Assembly: GCF_022539665.2 (NCBI RefSeq)
Contig: NC_081333.1
Span: 5,146,001 to 5,210,000 of the forward strand
DNA from: Daphnia carinata
Lineage: Eukaryota
Reading direction: 5' to 3'
Length of the DNA stretch: 64,000 nucleotides
The translations under genes were made by a program, and so were the position numbers. Under the pieces are notes generated by a model. It ran no database searches. It was not told the origin of the DNA and saw only the letters and a program-made list of their open reading frames with translations. Shown here in pieces: positions 26,660-39,210 of this stretch (its first letter is position 1; each line of letters opens with the position of its first letter).

Positions 26660-27848
26660 ATAATATTTCAATATCATAAGTTGAAAATACAGTTAAAGTA
26701 AAACACCTAGCTAACAAAATTCACTCTTCTCTACTAAATATAAGTTTACTGAGACCTATTATTGAGACAAAAAAATTTCAACTTATATTCTAAAATTAAA
26801 TTCTTCTTCTTCTTTCAAAGGTGTTTCTATGGGAGTCGTATCCTTTTTCAAAGTCAAATACAAAGCTGCATTTTGTAAAAACTAGTTTTTGAATTACGAT
26901 GATTGCAGAAGATTGACTGAATTGCCACGAGAATATGGTAAATGTTCCACCAAAAATGTCAGAACACAGCAATTTTGGCTTGGGTTATGTTCCGCGCAAT
27001 TTATTCCAGCTATTTGCGTGAGTAAATAAATGGCATAATAGTAGGTATGAAATAAACCTGAAATGTCCGTGCCGGATTTTTCGGCCTTTATCAAGGTACA
27101 GACCGCTACTGTCTATTTCTATTTCGACATGATGACTTTTTCATGCAAGCTTCCAACTTCAGCTACAGGCTTCTCCGTTCCATCAATAGTTGGCCGCAAA
27201 TTATATTTGGAACACTTCTATCTAATGCAGCTCCACAGTCTTTTCTCCCATATTATGACCCTATGCCAGCTACAGGAACATGTCTTTCGGCGATGCTGCG
27301 TTAACGAAAAGAATGGTGAAATCGCGGTTAACAACCGACATTAACTAAGAAAAACAGATTTCGAAAAAGAGAAAAAGACCTCTTTTCTGACTACAGTGTG
27401 TCTTTTAGCTTTGCCAAATGTTTCTCACCAAAAATACAGTCAATGACTAGCTAAAATCTTCATACATACAAGATACAACAATTATTTCCCGCCTACACTT
27501 TATTTTTTGTACGTCGATGGGACGCTTAAAAAAAAATGGATAAACCATATTCAGCCCATTAAGGTTTGGACCATAAACCTGTTCATCATTCTATAAAACC
27601 GATAAAAAATGGAGAAGAGAAACCTACAAATGGCAATAACATACACAACAAACTATTTCGGTACGTTACATACTCCTTCATTGCTGCTACATTCATTCAG
27701 TCCCAGAGTTGCAATACTTAGTTGTTCAACACATCTGATAGGGCTCATTACAAGCTAATCAATTATTCATTCTTGTGCAGAAACCCATCGCTTCAGGACC
27801 ACAACATTTAATTTCAAATGTCTAAGACATTCCGGAGTGGTTAACTTA

Positions 27849-30388
27849 AGGTGCGTCTACACTAGAAGTTTTTACGGAAAAGTTACGGTCATACAGGCAT
27901 AAAGGCATACAGTCTTACTGTCACGCTATTTCAGTTTTTCCGTAGCGCAATCTATACTGCACATAGGTTTATAGACATCATACGGAAAATGGGCGTTATA
28001 GAAGGCGGAGCAACCTTTTGGTAGTTCCTGCACATCCCGCTAGGCGAACTTTGTTTTCAAAACAAATAAGTGTCAATTCAAATCTGTCTGTTTCAAGTGT
28101 TGATGAAACAAGTCTCGAAGTTTTGTTCTTCCTGAAGTATTCGCTTAACTGTGTATTTTGTTAAATTATAAGCCATGGATCTTAGTTTAGACCAGCTTAT
28201 TGAAACCACAGAAATTGTTTTGATGTTATCACTTATGTGGAAGATAAGAAAAATGATGAAGGAACGTCAACATCGAAGGAAACATCCTCTTGGTAATCTG
28301 TCATATACGTTTCATAATATTCAAACTTGAAATTTCATAATTGATTTTAAAAAGTTCATGAAGGTCGTAGGTGGACTCGTCTACACCCTTCAATATTACA
28401 GGTTTTTTTGTAAACCACCAGTTATGTATTATTTTTATATACAAAATGAGTATAGTGTGCCACATGAGTATAATTACCTGGAGAATTGTTTATGAAAATA
28501 TTTTAATGTTGTTGCTGAAAGTTTATTCAATTAAGCTTTCTTGACAAGAATGAGATCTGTGTTCACACGCGCAGGAGCGCATTGGTGCTTTAAGAAAACA
28601 AATGAATCATTTAAATTTATGTTCAAACATGGCCATTTCCATTGCGTATCTAATTCTTTCACGGGACTCCTCATTTGGAATATCGGCTAAACGCCTGGCA
28701 AAATTGCTGCAGTATTGCAACAATTCGTCGTAAACTGGATCATTATTACGCGTTTTCGACCTTTCATCCTCTTGTACGCTTTTGGTTTTGTTCCTCAAAC
28801 TGCTCGACAAGGCATCAAGAGTGTTCACCATTGACTGTTGCAAAGCTGCATCACCGTCTTCTAGCTTGCGTTTTTTTCTAAATGGTTTTTCCCTGACGGG
28901 CTGGCAATTTCGGAAAATCCATGTGTAACACCTACAATGATCGTATGACGCAATCGAGTTATACTGACAAATGTATGACTTGCAACCATCAACTACCATT
29001 TCCTGATGATGTCGAATTCTTATTACAAGCTGGAGATGGCGTCTTGAAGACATCACGATCAAAATCTGCAACATTGCTAGCGGACGCCGTGGAATTGGTA
29101 TCACCTGTTGTACTATTGATAGTGGACATGTAATGACATGTCCACTATCAATAGTACAACAGATCATCCAATCATCATCTGTTTCAAATGAAAATATTAG
29201 CTTTTCATTCACTCTGCATGAACACAATAGTTGTCAGGAGAAATTGTATTAACCTTCATCATCGGGCGCTGCTGAGTTCTGCGCATACTCTTCAGAAATG
29301 CAGAACGTTTCTATTTCGTCAGGCTGGAAACCTTCAGGTGCGGTTTCAATGTCTTCTATGTTCATTTCAATCACCTCATGTGGCATTTCCTTCCGTACAA
29401 CACTTGCACATTCAGCTGTTGATACATCACTGGTATCGCCACAGTTTGATTGTCGCCTGATGAATATAATGGTAATATTAATGTCAATAATCAAATTCTT
29501 TAAACAAAATTTTAGCATCATAGAATACTGTCGCTGTTTAATGTGCTTGTCCAAAAAGTCCATTTGTTTGTAGAACCAAGAAGGAGTTCTCGAAGGAGTT
29601 GCATGTGATCCACTTGGTGGCTGTTTGTTCAACATCTTTCTTTCTTTGGTGTACCTATCTTTGAACGATTGCCATGTATCCTTCACCTCAGCAGGGGCTG
29701 TAAATGCAACAAAAAAGGACCACGATTAAAGTTTGATATGCATTATTGTAATGGTGCTTTTACTGCAATAAAATTGGGCTGCAATTGTTGCCCTGGCTTG
29801 TGCTTGAACTTGTCCGTTCTTGTAATCATGCAATGCTGTGTCATACAATACAGGATGATTTTTTATACACAAAATGAACCTCTCAATGTCTTGTGTTTCT
29901 AGTTTCAGTCTAAAAAATATTAAAATTTTACAAAAACTGAGCAAAAGCAACCAATACAATTCAATTATTTACCTTTCTGTTATTTTCTTTGGAGATTTCT
30001 TCTTGTTTGGAGATAGTTTAGGCCCATGTTTTTGATATCGTTTATTTTTCAAATTTAAATTTTTAAATACACACGAAAACTGTGGGATACGAACATCAAC
30101 AAACAATGTTGCAGTTATGTGTTGTTGTACTAATAAAAAGTATTTAAAAATATATACTTCATTCTGATTGGTTGAACCTTATTTTTAGCTTACGGAAGCT
30201 CTCGCTTACGGAAAAAGTTTGAAACATTTCAAACTTTTTTTCTTACAGACATACAGGCAAAAAGGCATACGGTTACGGAAAATCGCTAGTGTAGATTGCA
30301 CGGAATAAGCTTTCCGTATGTCTGTATCGATTCAGTATGTCTGTATGACCGTAAGTTTTCCGTAAAAACTTCTAGTGTAGACGCACCT
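27849..30388. mobile_element. PIF/Harbinger DNA transposon, transposase-deleted
   Basis: ~46-bp TIR AGGTGCGTCTACACTAGAAGTTTTTACGGAAAA..., TSD TTA on both sides, Myb/MADF gene inside. Confidence 0.92.
28607..30030 (-). CDS. Harbinger Myb/SANT-like (MADF) DNA-binding protein, multi-exon; first exon uncertain
   Basis: IERFILCIKNHPVLYDTALHDYKN...EVKDTWQSFKDRYTKERK...PPSGS...SWFYKQMDFLDKHIKQR, with a helical C-terminal domain. Confidence 0.75.
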
Positions 30389-32035
30389 TTAGACACAGGA
30401 TGCATAGGCACTACATCACACAGTACAAGCTCCTGCCAAAAATAGCAAAACCTAAGTATATTAAATAAAACTATATGAGGAAACAAATTTTACTTTTCAG
30501 TGCACCTTTGATACAGATTGTGTAATACAGTTTACAGTGGAAAGTTGTATCCAACTGCCAATATTTTCATTAGACATATTCCGGTCACGCACTACAACTG
30601 AAAATAATGCATGATGAAACTCAGGTCGTTGTTTGTATAGGATTATATGAAAATCAATTCCATCATTATGAGTCAAAAATTGTTTAAATAAACATAACAT
30701 ACTGAAATCTCCGCCAAACTTAAGACCTGATCGGACTACCCAACCAGACAATCGAAAATGTTGATAAGATAGATATCTATGATATGACACTTGTCAGTAA
30801 AACCTTTGCAATAAAGCATGTGGCTAAACATTTTAATTTAAAAAAACTTGTTAGGATTAGGCTAGCTTACAGTTTAAAAAATTTGCTTGCTGATTAGCTG
30901 TATAGAAAATATAGTGCAAAAAAAACCAAAACAAATTTTTAAAGCAGTGTTTGATGGAAGTTAACTGAATTTGCAACTGAAAAAAATGTTGTCATACCGG
31001 AGACAAAAAATTGTTGGTAGTTTTCATAAACAAATCCACGATTTCATCCAGATTCAAGAATTTTTCTTCCAATTTTATTTGTAAACATCCAATGACAGCT
31101 TGGGAAAAATGCTTCTTCAACCATCAAATTTCAAGTTTCACTAACATAACTGAAAAACTAGGCATAATTAGTCATTGCGAAATGTAAATTACAATTGCTA
31201 CAACTATTATCGATTATGTTTTTACTTCAGAGGATTTAAAATTTTTGTGAGCTCCTTGAAAGGTTTCCTTTCCCAAAACATCCCTAAATGCAAAATAGTT
31301 ATTAAAATAGTTTTACATTATTTTCATGGGAACTAAATATTGTGTTGCAGACCAAGATCATACATAAGAATACAATAGCTGTTTTTGCTCCACATCTTCG
31401 ATCTCTACACTGCACACTCTACACTACACTAATCCATTTGCCAGCATCGATTGGCTGTGGTATCACTTCAGGGAACCGGGTAAAATGTGTACGTGGGCAG
31501 AGGACGGCAAACGTGTAACGATATATCATGGAAATTTTGGCATGTGGACGATTGCCCCCTTTAACAAATGCCCCCCTGGTTCTGTAACAGTTGCCCCCCC
31601 GACTTTTGCCCCCCAATATTGATGCTCCCCTAACTAATGCCCCCTTAACTAATGCCCCCTGTCAAATATAACAATTGACCCCCATTTATTGTTTTTAACT
31701 GTCTTGTACAAAAAGCGAACGCTACAATAAAATATTATTGGCAACTACCTTGTGTTTGTTTTCATTGTTATTGGCGTCTGCTAATGGCCTGTTCGATACT
31801 GTCATCAAATAATATATTGCTGTCTGCTATTGCAAAGTGTAGTGGTGAATGTCGTGTGTGTGTGTGTGTGTTTCCTATGTTTTGATCTATCGGACTTTGG
31901 AGGTAGGTACCAATCATCAATTAATTTAATTGACCCATTTTTGCCCGGCTGGCTATATCTTCGTGGTGTTTTTTTTCTCATGTTTATCTCGGTGGGCAAT
32001 TTTGCACGGTTGGCTATTCCTTAGCAACTATGCCA

Positions 32036-32120
32036 TCGAAGAATAGCTCAGATGGTAGAGCAACGGGTTTCCTGATCTTCGGTCCCCCAAAAAATTCCGG
32101 GTTCAATTCCCGGTTGGGTA
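32036..32120 (+). pseudogene. tRNA-like Pol III cassette inside the MULE
   Basis: A box TAGCTCAGATGGTAGAGC and T arm CCGGGTTCAATTCCCGG. Anticodon and acceptor arms are non-canonical. Confidence 0.6.
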
Positions 32121-33017
32121 CCTCGGTACTCAGGGTATGACGTAGTGACGAGAATCTGGTGCAGTCATGGCAACATGGTCGGGCGACCTCCAGGTAATTG
32201 TCATTGCTGAAACCGATCGATGAAGATAATCGCCATATCCACCTAGTCGCCGGGTGCTATGGAAAGATGTCCGATTTGGTTGGGGGCCCACTAGAGCTAG
32301 CCATCCACCATGGATAGCGGAGTGCTTAGTGCAATACAGCCGGTGTAAAAGCCGGTGGCGCCGCGATGATTCCATCCTGAGGTTAGTTGTTTTGTGCTTG
32401 TTGCTTCTTTATTTCTCTGCTTTCTTAAAGACTGGACCCAAGTGCATGGTGTATCAGTGTGAAGAAATTTGTTAAACCAAATATTTAGATAGCGAAATGC
32501 ATTCAACAGCTATAAAATAATTAAATGAATTTTTTTATTTACATTGCTTTGAAATGAGAGGAAGAACATGGTCATCTAGTTCCATGCCCTCAATTATTAA
32601 GCAGTTGTATGACAAAATGTTGCTCTTACAGTGCTGGTATTTTAAACTTAATAATAAATGGAAAGTAAAAGGTAAGTAAAATAAAAGTAAAATAAACAAT
32701 CCGCGCGTCGGGTCATGCGTTTGATCGCGCGTCGGGTAATGCGTTTGATCGCGCTTCGGATATCTCACAGCTCCCTTGGGGATGTCACAGCAAACAGGCT
32801 TGTTTGTAGTTACCTACCTTGTGTGTTCCAGCCGATTTTTTGTTTTTTGCATCCTTTCTCCTTCTTTGAATCTTATTGGTTTCCGACTTATGTAATTTTT
32901 GTAACCTTTTCGAATAAACCTATGTATAGGAAGTAGGAAGTCACAAATGTCAATTCATTCTTCTCTAGCACATCTTGCGCATCTCTGATTAATATTTCTA
33001 CTCTTTTAATTTTAAAA

Positions 33018-34999
33018 ATGTCTTACGAAGAAGACGAGTTCCCTATGGTTGAACCCGTTAAAGGAGTTAAATACAGTGGTACCCGTTACAACTCCGAGAA
33101 AGGATTTATTTACCATCTACAGAAGAAAACGTAAGACTTTGATTTTGTATTAAAGCATAGTTGAGCAGTAATTCTTAAATTAATTAATTTTTCAGATCCA
33201 AGCACAACATATATCACTGCAAGTACCATAAGAAACTTCAGGGTGGGTGCAAGGCGAGAGTTAAGTCGGGACTTGAAGATGCTATTTTCAGCAAACACGG
33301 TGATGCTAAGCATAATCATCCACTCGAGCTGGAAGAACAGCAGTTGCTTCGTGTAGTCAACGCATGTGCTGATGCTGCTGCTGTGGATCGCCGTAAACCA
33401 CGGATTGTGTTTGACGCCGTTCGGAGAGAGTAAGTCCATCTTCATTGCGGAAATCATTAAATGTTAATCATAAAATTTTTTATTAAAGAAATGCTGGAGT
33501 TAACATTGGGTATGGTGATGCAATGCAGCGTCGGATGCAGCGATCAAAAAGGAGAAGGCAACCACAAATACCCAAGACTGTAGAAGAAATAGCTGGATTG
33601 ATTGAAGAGTATCAGGACTATAGGTAATGCCAAAAATTAGTACTATTAAGAAAATTTCAATATCTATTTTCTTGTAAAGGGATGCCTTTGGTGGTGGAAG
33701 ATTTTTTAGAGGCCTGGTGAAGACGGTTGAGGGAGAGGCATTGGTCTTTTTATCACCGACGCTACTGCCGGAACTTAGTGAAGCGACCGAACTTCAAGCT
33801 GACGCAACTTTCCGAACAGTCCCCGGATTATTCAAACAGCTCTTCACTATCCACATCACAAGGGGTCATTTGGTAAATAACTATTAAAAAATTAAGCTGT
33901 AAACTGATATTTTACCAAAGTTTTTCATTAGGCATTCCCATTTGCGTACATTCTAATGACTAGAAAATCACGCATCCTTTATGATGCTGTGCTAGCGAAA
34001 GTAATCGATATTTTTGATGAGCTTCATCCTGAGCGCTACATTTCGGTTGATCTCATAATGTCTGATTATGAGGCAGCAATTCAAGGTTCGATGGCGGCCG
34101 CATTTCATGGAAGTCAACATGTTGGTTGCTTCTTTCACTACTCTCAGGTATATTTATCTTTTAAATATTTTGAAAGCATTTTAATTAATCAAATTTTATT
34201 CAGGCTATCTGGAGAAGGATACAAAAGTATGGCCTTCAGTGTGCCTATAAGAACCGCGCTGTTATTGGGAAATACGTAAAGGAGCTTATCGCGCTAGCGC
34301 TTTTGCCGTCGGATGAAATTTTGGCTGGTTATCAAGTAAGTGCCTGACATTTTAAATTGAAATTTCGAAATTTTTACACTTTTTTTTTACAACAGAATAT
34401 AAAAGCCTACTATCATGATGTTCTCCGCCGTGAAAGTGCAGCTATTCAGGCAGGAATAAAGCAACTCAACAACTATTTCCTTAGCTACTGGATTGGTGAA
34501 ATTTCTCCGCAAGTTTTCAGTGTTTTTGGCCTGGTGAACCGGACCAATAATTTGGTGGAATCGTGGCACCAGTGGCTGAATGACCGCATGGGAAAATCCC
34601 ATCTTAGTGTTTGGGATTTCATCTGTAAGTGTGGGCGTTAGCATATTTTTAAATGCATTTAATATGTACAATTCTGAAAGACAATTTAAACAATTCATAT
34701 TTTTCAGATTTTATCAAGGAAGCAGAGGATTCTAAAGCTCACGATTACCTAGCCGAGTCAGAAAATCTACGAACAACCAGAAGACAACCCCTTTCGCAGC
34801 GAAAACGGAATGAGGTCATATCAAAAAACGAAAAGGATTTTATTGAGGCTTCCATCTCTATGCGGGATTTTCTAAAAAAATCCAGGCATTTAACTGAGCC
34901 AGATCGTAAGTTCGCATTTAATTTGTAACTTATAATTTATCTTAATGGCGTTGAATTATATTTTCAGCTGATTACACAAAACCAAGCCGACTCGACTGA
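33018..34999 (+). CDS. MULE DDE transposase with N-terminal FLYWCH-like zinc finger, ~9 exons
   Basis: YHCKYH...GCKARV...HNH, QADATFRTVPGLFKQLFTIH, LIMSDYEAAI, GCFFHYSQ|AIWRRIQ, RTNNLVESWH. GT-AG introns. No stop noticed within exons. Confidence 0.85.
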
Positions 35000-36251
35000 A
35001 AGGGCAACAATTCAACCCAGAAGGCGATTCTTGGCTGGAACTGTTAGAGCGCCTGCAGTTAACCACGCTTCTCCTACAGTCGAGCCAGCCGACAATGATC
35101 ATGATCCTTCGAAATAACGCCTGTAACCAGTCGCCCACGCCGTATCGTTCACGCACCCCGTCACCTGTCAGCAGACGGTGATTCCCCAATTACGCCTCCC
35201 AGTCGACGATGTACCCGCAGAAGACAATAATAAAATCTGTTTTACTTATTGTCTATCATATTGCATATGGAAGGGGGGCTATTGTTATGTTGAATAGGGG
35301 GCATTAGTTAAGGGGGCATTAGTTAGGGGGGGGGCATTAGTTTTGGGGGGCAAAAGTCGGGGGGCAACTGTTACAGAACCAGGGGGGCATTTGTTAAAGA
35401 GGGCAATCGTCGCTATCCCGAAATTTTTGAGGAAGAGCAGAATGCTGTTGTGAAAAAGTGGAGTTCTACTGTTTAATTTCCTTTCCACAGAGCAGGCGGA
35501 GCGCTAAAACTGAGTCTCCCATGTTTTACGGTAGCTGACAATGACAGATATTTATTATACGGTGTAGCTTACCACTTCGGTGTAAAAATAATAGTAATTC
35601 ATGTCTCCTGTGAGTATATTCTAAACATTTCCAATTAATTACATGATTACTTACCTAATTAAACGTTTAAAAACTGCTCATTAATATTGTTTTATTATTT
35701 TTTCATTCATAAATTCGTGAAAAACATTCACAAACTGTCTGCAGACGCCATCTATTGGCAAGTCATCGACCAATGCTTGCGATAGAATTTTTATGGGAAA
35801 ATGTCTAAAAACGGTAAACCATCGAAATTCAAATTTTATTTCTGGTGTTTTACCAATACATGAACCATTTATTTTCTTATTATTATTTGTTGCACAACAT
35901 TGGAAAACTGTTTATTTTTTCTTATTGCTGATTATTTTACTGATTATCTGATTCCCTAGCCGTGTTTGAACATTCATCCTTTTGGAACAACTAGGCATAG
36001 CTCTTTTCTTTGTTTGATGTCCTTTCAAATTGTTCTACATCAAATTTTCAATAAAACCTAATTGAACTTAATGTGACTATAGGCACTAAACTGAAATTCG
36101 ATGTTAAATTTTTGGGATGTCTTGGTGTTTTGGAAAAAATGCAAGAATACCTCAAGATTTTACACTTACGGGGTTCAAATCGGCGGTGCATTTCATGATA
36201 AACGCGTATGACCGAAAGATATCTCATTCTGCTCAAACTCAAAAATCGAAA

Positions 36252-38340
36252 ATGGTTAAGTGTTCAACATGCTACTTGGCAGTGTCGAGAGTTCTTGCAG
36301 TCAGCTGTTTAGTGGGGTTCTTCGTAATATTGGGGACCATGGGAAAAGCAATTCGCCCTGTACTCTCCAGTGTTGCACGCGAAGAAAACACACCAGATGC
36401 GGTACTACGTATGAAACCAGACATGATGAACGCACTCTCGAAAATTCTTCCTGAACTCCACAGGGTGAAATTTGACCGTCAGAAAACAAAAATGACAAAA
36501 GTTCTCTCTAGTTTTACCGATGAAGAAAAATCACCTGAAGCGGGCCCTGCCGAAAAAACAGACATGATGAATGTCTTCTCGAATATCTTTCATGGCATTC
36601 AAGCACTTGACTTGGACGTTGAACACAAATCAGAAATGATTAACGTACTCTCCAGTGTTACCCGTGAAGATAACACACCAGATGCGGGGCAGCGTATGAG
36701 AACAGACGAAGGTATTGTTGAAAATACTTCATGACCTCAACGGACTGGAATTGGACCATGATCATAGATCAAAAATGATTAAATTTCTCTCTAGTGTTAC
36801 TGATGAAGAAAAATCACCGGAAGCGGACTCTGCCGAGAAAAAAGACATGCTTAATGTTTTCTCGAATATCCTTCATGACACTAAAGCACTTGAATTGGAC
36901 GTTGAACACAAATCAGAAATGATTAATGTACTCTCCAGTGTTATCCGTGAAGGTAAGAAACTAGATGCGGGAATACGCATGAAAACAGGCATGACGAAGG
37001 TATTGTTGAAAATACTTCATGACCTCAACGGACTGGAACTGGAGCATGAACAGAGATCAAAAAAGGTTAAATTTCTCTCTAGTGTTACTGACGAAGAAAA
37101 ATTACCTGAAGCGGGACCTGCCGAGAAAAGAGACATGCTGAATGTTTTCTCGAATGTCCTTCATGGCATTAAAGCACTCGAATTGGACGTTGAACACAAA
37201 TCAGAAATGATTAACGTGCTCTCCAGTGTTACCCGTCAAGAACACACACCAGATGTGGGTCTACGTATGAAAACAGACATGATGAAGGTGTTCTCGAAAA
37301 TACTTCATGACTTCAACGGACTGGAATTGGACCATGATCGGAAATTAAAAATGATTAAAGTTCTCTTCAGCATTACTCATGAAGAAAAATCACCTGAGAC
37401 GGACCCTGTCGAGAAAAAAGACATGCTGAATGTTTTCTCAAGTATCCTTCATGGCATTAAAGAACTTGAATTGGACGTTGGACACAAATCAGAAATGATT
37501 AACGTACTCTCCAGGGTAACCCGTGAAGATGACGCATCCGATGCGGGATTACGTCTGAAAACAGACATAACGAAGGTGTTCTCGAAAATACTTCAAGCCC
37601 TCAATGGACTGAAATTGGACCATGACCAGAGATCAAACATGGTTAAAGTTCTCTCCAGTGTTACTCACGAAGAAAAATCACCTGAGGCGGGCCCTGCCGA
37701 GAAACTAGTCATGCTGAATGTTTTCTCAAAAACCCTTCATGGCATTAAAGCACTTGAATTAGATGTTGAACACAAATCAGTAATGATTAACGTGCTCTCC
37801 AGTGTTGCCCGTGAAGAAAACACACCAGATACGGGAAACTACTAGGAAAACAGACATGACGAAAGTGTTCTCGAAAATACTTCGTGCCCTAAGCGGACTG
37901 GAATTGGAACATGATCAGAAATCAAAAATGATTAAAGTGCCTTCCAGTGTTACTCATGAAGAAAAATCACCTGAAACGGGCTCTGCCGAGAAAATAGGCA
38001 TGCTGAATATTTTCTCGAAAATCCTTCGTGGCATGAAAGCACTTGATTTGGACGTCGAACACAAATCAGAAATGATTAGCGTGCTCTCCAGTGTTGCCCG
38101 TGACGAAAAGACACCAGATACGGGACTACGTATGAAAACAGCCATGACGGACGTGTTCGCGAAAATACTTCATAATCTCAGCGGACTGGAATTGGACGAT
38201 GATTTAAAATCAAAAATGACTCACGTTTTCTCCAGTATTGCTGATAAAGAAAAATCGCCTTAAGCAGGCCCTGCTGAGAAAACAGGTATTTTGCATGTTT
38301 TCTCGGATATCCTTCATGACATTAGAGTGCTTAAATTTAA
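36252..38340 (+). pseudogene. Intronless gene for an unrecognised tandem-repeat protein (hydrophobic N-terminus plus ~7 units of 96 aa), two frameshifts and a premature stop
   Basis: ORFs 36117-36734, 36715-37845 and 37802-38263 share the repeat. The motif gacgttgaacacaaatcag recurs every ~288 nt. Confidence 0.8.
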
Positions 38341-38616
38341 TAAATCTATTCACTGCAAGATACAAACGGTAAACTGAGAGTTCTAAAGTTAATTGCAGAA
38401 ACCTTCCGGATGAAGATTCCTATGCAACTGACAGAGGAAAAATCAGAGTCAATCTCGTCTACACCTCTTACAACTTAACCTTTTTCTACTTTCGACCACA
38501 ATTCAATAAAAATATTGTTTGTGTAATTTGGCCTGAACAAAATATAAAAAATTTAAAAAAAAAGTTGTTATTTTATTTTATTATAGAATAGTGATTAACA
38601 TTAAGGTTATTATTAT

Positions 38617-39210
38617 TGTCGCGGGGGAAAAGAAGACTGATTATCTCTTCACAGGGATGATTCACCCGGCACCCACTTTTAGAAAGATACGGAGATACTC
38701 AGTCACGACCAGGGTTAATTCGCGCAACGGTATAAAACGCTGTTGCGAAACTCCGTTGGTCAAGTCCCCATCCGTGGATCTCTCGGAATTTACTGATGGC
38801 TTACTGCGGTGTACTAGCGGGCAAGTACAGCGGCATTTTGGCGGATAGAGGCAATGGGCGGGTCTACGGTTACAGATAGGGAGTGTTTCGATTTCTAAAG
38901 GGTTAAAGTTGTTTCGAAGACTAAAGGGTCGACAAACAAAAAAATGGCAAATAAGGGCATTAAAAATATGTTAGTGCCACGTATTCCCCGACTCTGGACA
39001 GGCTCAAAGTTACTAGTACCATAAATAGTATAGTACATCAGAAGCAGTCCATATTTCATAGCAACTGCGCTACGCATGTTTAGCTCCAGAGATGGCGTTT
39101 TGGCGGTTTTGTTCGAAATTCGAAAGGAGGAATACTGTGATAAAGGAACAAGGGGAAAGTGGGGCTAGTAGGCACGGGTGTATGTTGGTTAATCCCTTTT
39201 TTCGCGACCA
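38617..39210. repeat. Possible solo LTR or small IR-bounded element
   Basis: Begins TGTCGCG and ends CGCGACCA, non-coding. No TSD seen. Confidence 0.3.

Larger units (their letters stand above)
31539..35419 (+). mobile_element. Mutator-like (MULE) DNA transposon, full length
   Basis: Long TIRs (~120 bp, gacgattgccc...taactaatgcccc repeats), 8-bp TSD GAAATTTT, transposase inside. Confidence 0.93.
27770..35522 (-). pseudogene. TSEN2: tRNA-splicing endonuclease subunit Sen2, interrupted by Harbinger and Mutator insertions
   Basis: GCFGKGNLSRS (~31250-31285), YLSYQHFRLSGWVVRSGLKFGGDF, LYKQRPEFHHA, ELVLCDVVPMHPVS//KLTTPECLRHLKLNVVVLKRW. The last junction is in frame once the Harbinger is removed. 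The 5' boundary is approximate. Confidence 0.82.

Noticed and set aside
32036..32120. Functional tRNA gene
   Set aside because: Acceptor and anticodon stems do not form, so it is kept only as tRNA-like. The same applies to 20128 and 57248.
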